In this document: positions 56,129 through 64,000 of the stretch, piece after piece | Layout of the letters: each line of letters opens with the position of its first letter | Position numbering within the stretch: the first letter of the stretch is position 1 | From: Dictyostelium discoideum | Lineage: Eukaryota | Reading direction: 5' to 3' | DNA: 64,000 nt | NCBI GenBank assembly: GCA_000004695.1 | Contig: CM000150.2 | Coordinates: 768,001 to 832,000, forward strand | Notes under the pieces: generated by a model | Databases searched by the model: none | What the model was told of the DNA's origin: nothing | The model's input: only the letters and a program-made list of their open reading frames with translations | Program-made: the position numbers and the translations under genes

Positions 56129-57288
56129 AAAAAAAAAACAAAAACAAGAAAAAAAAAAATAAAAAAATAAAAAAAAAAAAAATTAAGAAAAAAAATAATA
56201 AAGAAAAAAAAAAGTAATAAAAAAAAAATAAGAAAAATTATTTTAAAAATTTAAGTTTTAAAATAAATCAAACCATTTCCAATATGTTTTTATCCAAAAC
56301 AGTTTGTTCTTTATTTATTCAAATTTGTAAATGACCAAAAAAGAAAGATAAATAACAACAAACCAACACCAACAAGTAATAATTATAATTTTTTTTTTTT
56401 AAAAAATTTTATATGTTTTTTTTAATTTTTTTATTTATTTTATTTTAATTTAATTTAATAATTTTAAAAAAATGAATGTTTTATAGGATTTATTATTTAA
56501 AAAAAAATTATTAAAATAAAATTTTAAAAATAATTTTAAAATTATAAAAATAGAATTTTAATATTTAAAGAAAAAAAATTATTTTTTGATATTTTGTAAA
56601 AATATAAAAAATAAAAAAAATAGTAAATCAAATAAAAATAAAAAAAAAAAATAAAAAAAAAAAAATAAAAAAAAAAATTTAAAAAATAAAAAAATTAATT
56701 ATTTATATATTTAAAACATGACAATATTAAGTAAGTAGATAGAGATATCTTTTGAAAAAAATTAATAATAATAAAAATAATAATAATAAAAATAATAATA
56801 GAAACTAATTTTTTTTGAAAAAAAAAAAAATAGAATCAATTGAAAATATAATGGTAAATAGAAATTCAACAAACAAACTAATGAATAATTTTACAAATAA
56901 TTCAAATTATAATAATAATTCAAATGATTTTATTAATGGATATATTGATAATAATAAACCTTTACAAACAATACATGGAAATTCATTCGTAACAGCGATT
57001 ATGTCTCCAAATAAATGCCATTATCCACTTTTTAATAAATGTCCTGAAAAATTTTAATTATTTAAAAAAAAAAAAAAAAATATCTATACAAAAAAATCAT
57101 AATTATAATAACAATAATTATAAATAACAATAATAATATTTATGTAAAATTAAAATTAAAATTAAAATTGAAAAATAAATAATAAAAAAAAATAAAAAAT
57201 AAAAAAAAATAAAAAAAAAGATTTAAATCTCGATTAATTAAAAAAAAAAAAAAAAAAAAAAACTTTTTAGAATTATTTATTTTTAGAA

Positions 57289-57349
57289 TTATTTATTTTT
57301 TTCATTATTATTTTTATTATTATTATTTTTATTATTATTATCATTATTA

Positions 57350-57389
<40 letters not shown>

Positions 57390-59325
57390 CATTATTTAAT
57401 TGTTTTTTTGAAGTTTTAGATTTTAAAAAGAAATCTTTAATGAAATTAGAGAAAGAAAATACTTGAGATTTTAATAAGAAAGGTATAGCAGCTTTTAAAA
57501 GACCTAAACTTGGATCTAATTGTTTACCTAAACCCTCTAAAACTATTGTACCCATTACTAAAGTTGCAAAATTACTTTCAATTTTAACATGATATTCTCT
57601 TACCAGACCTAAAATCTCACTCATAAATTGACCAACATGAACTTCACTTAATTTTGAATTTTGAACTTGATTAAAAAGTGTACCCATTCTCTCTTTAAAT
57701 TGATACATTTCCTCTTCAGTACATTTCGCTTCTCTAGCGTAACGAATTAATAATTCTGCACCTTCTTTACCATTACCATTTACAATTTCAGTGAATAATT
57801 CAATGAAATGATCCTTATCTTGTTGACCTAATTGAGTTACTAAACCAACATCTAAAAATATTAATTTTGGTGAAGATTTTTGATGTTCTTTAAAATCAAT
57901 TGATTTCAATTGAATACCACCCAACATTGAATCAAATTTTTTATGACTTTTTTCAATTGTATCATATAATTTTCTTTTAAAAGGTAAATTATATTGTTGT
58001 TGTTGTTGTTGATCATTATCATTATTATATTTTTTAAAATAATTATTATCAATTGATTTAAAATTATCATCATCTGAAGTTCTAACCAAAACATTACCAG
58101 GATGAAGATCAGCATGTACGAAATTATCAACCAACATCATTTGCATATAAGCTGATAAACCAATTTTAGCTAAAGTTGGGTTATGGTGATCATTCTTTTT
58201 AATGAAATCCATAATTGGTGAACCAGGTTCAAATGATTCTACCAAGACTTCTTTTGAAACTAAAGGATATAATGGTTTTGGGAAGATTACTTCACTATTG
58301 TATTTAAAATTTGAATTGAATCTATTGAGATGAGAAGCCTCCAATTCTAGATCTGCCTGTTTCATCATTGATTTACCAAATTCGAGTATTGATTCCGGTA
58401 GACTTAACCATTTCATTTCGGGTATATGAGAGAATGCCCAAATCAAACTATAGATAATAAAAAAGTCTCTCTTTATATTGGATTTCACATTTGGATGTAA
58501 CACTTTCACAACTGCGACTTTACCATCCATTGTGAGGGCCTTATGAACTTGCGCGACTGACCCCGACGCCATTGGCTCCTCGTCAAACCATAGAAATAAA
58601 TCTTTTATTGATTTACCATTGAAACTATTCTCAATGGATTCATTAGTGAATTGGAATGAATGGGATGGACATTGACTATGAAGTTGTGAGAATTTCTCTA
58701 TCAATAAATCTGGGAATAAATCTGGTCTTGTACTTATCCATTGTCCAAATTTTATCCAACATGTACCACTGAATTGAATGGTTTCCAATAAAAGTTGCCA
58801 CCATAATTCTTTTACACCTGGTATGAAACAACATGGAAATGTTAAAACACTCGGTAACAATATTAAACCCAATTCTAAAACTCTAATACCAATCTTTACT
58901 AAATTAATTTCTTCATCTTCTTTATTACCAACAATCTCTTTAATCGCTTCAAATGGATTTAATAAATCTTGAATTTCAATTTTTGGTTTAATTATTTTAT
59001 TAATATTTCCTATTGAATTATCATTTTTATCATTTTTTAAATCATTATTATTACTATTATTATTATTATATAAATATATTGAACTTATAAATAATGAATT
59101 AAATTTTATATTATTATTACTACCATTATTATTACTACTACTATTACTATTATTATTATTATTATTATTATTATAATTATTTTTATTTTTATAATTATAA
59201 TTAAAATTTTTATAATTTTCGTTTCCGCTATTGTTTTCTTGATTTTTAATATTTTGATAAAATAATAATTTTGATGAAATTGAATCTGTATATTTATTAA
59301 AATTATTTAAAATGATTTCTCCACT
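57289..59325 (-). CDS. ABC1/ADCK (UbiB/aarF-domain) atypical protein kinase; main exon 59325..57289 with a candidate 5' micro-exon at 59478..59452
   Basis: The ABC1 domain reads LVKIGIRVLELGLILLPSVL...ETIQFSGTCWIKFGQWISTRPDLFP...EEPMASGSVAQVHKALTMDGKVAVVKVLHPNV...FVHADLHPGNVLVRT. The reading frame is open upstream to a TGA at ~59373 with no in-frame ATG before the conserved domain. A candidate first exon ATGTCAAATAAACAAATATTTTTAAAG|GTAATT (59478..59452) could splice in phase to an AG at 59327/59326. The N-rich low-complexity N-terminus and the C-terminal (N/K)-rich tail are typical of Dictyostelium. Confidence 0.7.
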
Positions 59326-59763
59326 CTTAAACCTATTTTTAAAATGTGAAAAACATCTTTTTTTTTTTCAATATGTTTTATTATTTATTAATTAGTTAAT
59401 TTAATTTTATTTATTTTTTTTTTAAAAAACAATTAAAAAAAAAAACAATTACTTTAAAAATATTTGTTTATTTGACATTACTATTATAAATGGAGAACAC
59501 GAAAATATGAATGTTTTTTTTTAATTAAAAAAAAAAAAATTTAAAAATTAAAAAAAAAAAATTAAAAAAAATGAAAAAATTAAAAAAAAATGAAAATTAA
59601 AAAAAAAAAAACTATTTTCAAGCGATGTTCAACGAAATATCATATTTTTAGGATTTATTTTTTTTTTTTTTTTTTTTTTTATTCGTGTTTTAATCACAAA
59701 TAAATAAAGTTTAAGGATTTTATTTTTTATTTTTTATTTTTTTATTTTTTTTTTATTATTTAT

Positions 59764-62700
59764 TTATTTTGATGAAAAACTTGAATATTTTGTAGCAATT
59801 TTACCAAATATACTACGACTACCACTTTGTTCATTTTTAGTACTTGAAGAAGGTGTAATAACAGGAGAACCATTATTTGGAGTTGAACCAGTTGAATTTT
59901 GTTTAACACTAGTGGTACCACTATTTGGAGTATTATTTGAGATGAGTTGTTCTTTTGATAAAAACATTTCATAGAGATCACGAAGACCTTCTTTGTATTC
60001 TTCCTTTTTGAGTGTATCTTTTAAAAGTTTTGCACAATGTGGAGAAGTATTTAAAAGATAATAAAATTTAGCCAATTCAATGAAAGCCAAACCAAACTTA
60101 TTAACAGTTTCACTTCTATCAACAAGTTTTCCTTTGTTTTGTTGTGAAATGGTTGAATTATTATTATTATTATTATTATTATTATTGTTATTATTATTAC
60201 TATTGTTACTATTATTATTATTATTACTTTCTTTTGAACTAACACCAGACATTTCAGGTTTATATTTCTTGTAAATCATATGAACTTTAATGAATAAAGT
60301 TTTATCTTTGAATAGACTATTGAGTAATTTATTATCTTTTTCAATGATTTTTGCATCGTTTTTAGTACGTTTTGGATTCTTTGTTTCAATCTCTGCAATG
60401 TTAAACATTTTAGTGATATAATGTAAACTGTGGCAAATTACGGTTGGATGAGAGGATGTACCCATCATCTCTAAGAAACCTGATAATATATTATCCTTTA
60501 TCAATGATTCTATGGTACCGATATGATGTCTCATTATTTGATAGAGTAAACACCAAGCTTGACGATTGAATTCTGCAGAGACACCATCTTTACAGAATAC
60601 CAATAGACGAGTGTAGAAATCATCCTCTTTCTTTACGACATCGAATACCATTGAGAATTTCAATAAGGAACGAATCGTTGATAACATATTTGATTTAATT
60701 GGATATTGATATTGACCTGGAACTGGATCATTCATTTTACTACTCATATTACGAATATCGATTGGTGAGAGTGACAACATTGGATGACCCCATTTCTTTT
60801 GACTGGTTTTAACTGAATTTTGATTAACTTGAATTGTACCCAACTTAAAGTGAGTCTTTGCCAATTTCGATAAAAGTGCCGAGATTACATACATTTGATA
60901 ACTTGAAACTTTACTATTCTTTATGATATGAGCTAATAAATGATGGAATAATGCACCATCCAATACAAAACTAAATTTATTTTTAATACCAATTGTTATA
61001 TTTGGAGTGTTACCACCAAAGCTACTTGACATTGAGACTGGTGGTGAACCAACTGGTGATAATGGTGGTGTGTTATTCATTAGACTGCCCATACTACTAC
61101 CACTGCCGCCCATCATACTGCCACCACCGCCACTGCCACCACCCATCATACTGCCACCACTACCACCACCCATCGACGATGATAATGAAGATGGTGAGGA
61201 GGATGAAGAAGTGTTTGAAATTGGTAATGATGCAGTTGCAGCCTCAATCGTACGATCTAATGATGTTGTAAAGAATTCCAATAACATTTCCAAAAGTAAT
61301 GACGAAGGTTTCTTCTCGTCATTACCAATGAAATCACAAACTGATAAACATTGCTCTGGATCTTTATTATACTCTTTATAGACGAAATCAACCCAAGGAG
61401 CTTTGGCAAATACAGAGAATAATCTTCTTGCAGCAAATTGAACATGTTTTAATTTACTATCACAAATCTTCTTTACACGACCATAAAGATTGGAATTCTC
61501 TGCTTTCAAACAATTATGTACAGCCAAACCCTCTTGATTACTCATCAATTGCAATAGAATGAACAAACAAAATGAGGATACGGTTTTACTACGATGACTG
61601 ATACCAGTGAAAATCTTATCCAAAATGTTTGGTGTATTTGTTTGAAGTAGAGTTGCAATTGAATGAGTGATTGAAACTTTACTTTGATTGATAATTGATT
61701 TTGAATAATAAAGATGTACATGAATATCCAATACCTTGCCAATCACATTTAGATAGTAATAGCAAAATATCAATTTCCAAAGTACCTCAATTGAATCACC
61801 CAATATTGATTTAACCAAAAGATTGGTTTCATCAGACCATGGAATTAGTTCGGTTGGTACCTCTGTAATGAAATCGAAAGAGTAGGTGAGCAATGAAAGA
61901 TTCTTGACATCCCTATTGGCAATTAGTTTCTCTAAAATGTTTGAACCTTTATTACCACTAAAGAAATTCATAACCAAGAAACTAAGTTTAGCATGAAACA
62001 ATGGTGATTTACTTTGCTCCAACAATGCCAATAGATCTTGAATATTGTCGGGTGTGATTGATTTGGTGATTACGGTTGCATAAGATTTACCACCATCGAA
62101 ATCCTCACTAAATGACGAATCCAATAGGTCAGAGAACTTATCTAAATACATATCACCATAGAGTATATCAGAGATATTTTGAATGTTTAATTTATCTTTG
62201 GTGATTCTTTGTTGAGACATAATGATGAAATCGATCTCCTCCTTATGTTTTTGGTGTTCTTCAGGTGGCACCATTGGATGATACCAGCTGTAGAGTTGGT
62301 TATGTCTGCCACCATAATGGAACACCTTTAATTGTTGAATTAAATTCTGTTGATACACTGAATCGGGTATACATTTGGTTGGCTCGAAAACAAGGTCGTA
62401 ATGGGGCACCAAGAATTTCACAGGCATGCCACAAACACGAGTTGGGCAATCATAATTGTCATGAATTTGTTTCGATGTTAAATCTGTTCTTCTCAAAGCA
62501 TCATTCTTTGAGTTGAATATTGATTGTTGTTGAGTTGACGATAGCAATGCCGACGAATCGTGAGTGCCATGTATTTTGGCAATGAATGGTGCAACGTAGG
62601 TACGAGAGATTAAAGTTTGCTCTTGACCACCCGCTATCATCTGTCTCTCGCCGGTCTCTCTCCATGCCTTCTCCCTCTTGTCCAATAGCTGTTGTATAAC

Positions 62701-63370
62701 TTGTTGAATACGTTGTTTTGTATCTTGATCCACCGTTATCATTGGTTTGGTTGAAATGGCTGGTGAAACTCTACTATTGTTACGAGCGATCAAATCATTC
62801 AATTGTGATTGTAACTTTCTCTTTTGCTCCTTCTCCTCCAACTCAATCTCTAATTTCTTTTGTTGATCTTGTTGACGTGTTAAATTGGATGAAGGTAATT
62901 GTAAATCCATAAACACCATCTCATAAAGACCAGATTTAATAACCGACTGATTTGCCAATGAATTGGACCCATCTGCATCTCTTTGTGATTTCGAACGTTG
63001 TTCAACTATAATATCACCAATATTATTCATTTGTGATTCTGCAATCGATTGAATTGGTATTAAATCTTTCAATTGTGATGGATGTGGTGGGAATACTGGT
63101 AATTGTGAACAAATTGATGCCCATCTCATCAATGCATCATCATACTCTTCAAATGTATTATAATCGATTGGTTGTGGTTCTTGTGGTATCAATAAACTAT
63201 CCCATGGTTCACTTGAACTCTCTAATTGATCTTTTAATAAACTAAATTCATTATAATTATGTTCTGCTGTATCATCTTCAATTTCACTATTTAATGGATC
63301 ACTTTTTTCATCACCATCACCACTTTTTTTAAAATAATAAAAAAATATTAATAATTTTTATATTTAAATT

Positions 63371-63407
<37 letters not shown>

Positions 63408-64000
63408 AGAATCATACCCAATACTACCACTACCACCTTCAATTGAAAAACTTGAAACTGAAGGTCTATAATCACCAAATGTTGAAGTTCCTCTATACAT
63501 TTTTTGAAAATCTGATAATTTTGGACGATAATAAGCACGACCAGTGATTACTGGTAAACGAGTTCTGTCAAAAATTTGATCAACAGCATATTTCCAATCT
63601 AAAAATGCTTGTTCATAATCGAAAAAGTTTTCAAATTCATCAATTTGTGGAATTGAATTATAAAGATGAACTAATTGTTCTTGTAAAGTTTCTTCCTCTT
63701 CTTCATCCTCATCCTCCTCATCATCATCCTCTTCTTTTTCTTTACCATTTTCATTATTCTCTGTATCATTTGATTCTATATTATCTGCTGATGCTGAACT
63801 ACCTGTTTGATTATTATTACTATTGTTATTATTATTATTTAAACTACCTTTTTCTGGTAATTTATGTGTAAATACTGGTACATAATTTATATCATAAAAT
63901 ACACCATCACCACTAAAAAATACTGGTTCACCTGTTGTTTCTCTTGGTTTAACCTTTTGTAAATAATCTTCTGATTTTTGTGATGGTATATTATATAATT
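59764..64000 (-). CDS. Large hypothetical protein (>1370 aa; armadillo/HEAT-like helical regions, Gly/Ser/Met-rich and poly-N linkers), 5' end beyond the window; exons 64000..63418 (partial) and 63322..59764
   Basis: The upstream exon (...QEQLVHLYNSIPQIDEFENFFDYEQAFLDWKYAVDQIFDRTRLPVITGRAYYRPKLSDFQKMYRGTSTFGDYRPSVSSFSIEGGSGSIG) ends at a GTATGA donor (63417). The 95-bp intron holds (TA)n. After AG 63324/63323, G-GDGDEKSDPLNSEIEDD...SLLIPQEPQPIDYNTFEEYDDALMRW joins ORF 59764..63192 in frame. I could not assign it to a known family from motifs. Confidence 0.55.

Overview
The window is AT-rich (about 75-80% A+T) eukaryotic nuclear DNA with the hallmarks of Dictyostelium discoideum: poly-Asn/Gln coding microsatellites, short AT-rich GTAAGT/GTATGT...AG introns, FNIP-repeat genes, tRNA genes with external B boxes and a TRE-type retroelement remnant. 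It is gene-dense, with about 24 protein-coding genes on both strands, most with 1-3 short introns that I re-derived by hand from the ORF track. Genes I can recognise are: a RecQ helicase (DEAH, RQC, HRDC), CDC45, an anoctamin/TMEM16, two TRAF-type RING/MATH proteins (one partial at the window start), a VIT-vWA protein, a TBCK orthologue (pseudokinase, TBC, rhodanese), tubulin cofactor D, mitochondrial EF-G2 (gfm2), MYG1, mitochondrial ribosome-recycling factor, a cytosolic GH85 ENGase, PSMG3, calcineurin B (cnbA), an ABC1/ADCK kinase, FNIP-repeat genes and several hypothetical N-rich proteins. RNA genes are two tRNA-Ser(UGA) copies in inverted orientation and one tRNA-Cys(GCA). Directly downstream of tRNA-Cys lies a 5'-truncated non-LTR retroelement remnant with duplicated ~104-bp 3' modules, each followed by oligo(A). 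No prokaryotic-style system (CRISPR, operons, defence islands) is present. The most unusual points are the gfm2-myg1-mrrf neighbourhood, which puts the two mitochondrial ribosome-recycling partners about 1.5 kb apart; the inverted tRNA-Ser pair bracketing the TRE remnant and a hypothetical gene; a protein with 16 tandem 10-residue repeats; a ~160-bp near-identical patch between two TRAF paralogues suggesting gene conversion; an FNIP pseudogene; and candidate cis-elements (a CA-rich/G-box-like element and a tripled TGACCAATCATCTT motif). Hand-derived splice coordinates should be treated as +/- a few bp. At 18486-18497 my reading of the printed text conflicts with the ORF track by one base, and I trusted the track.
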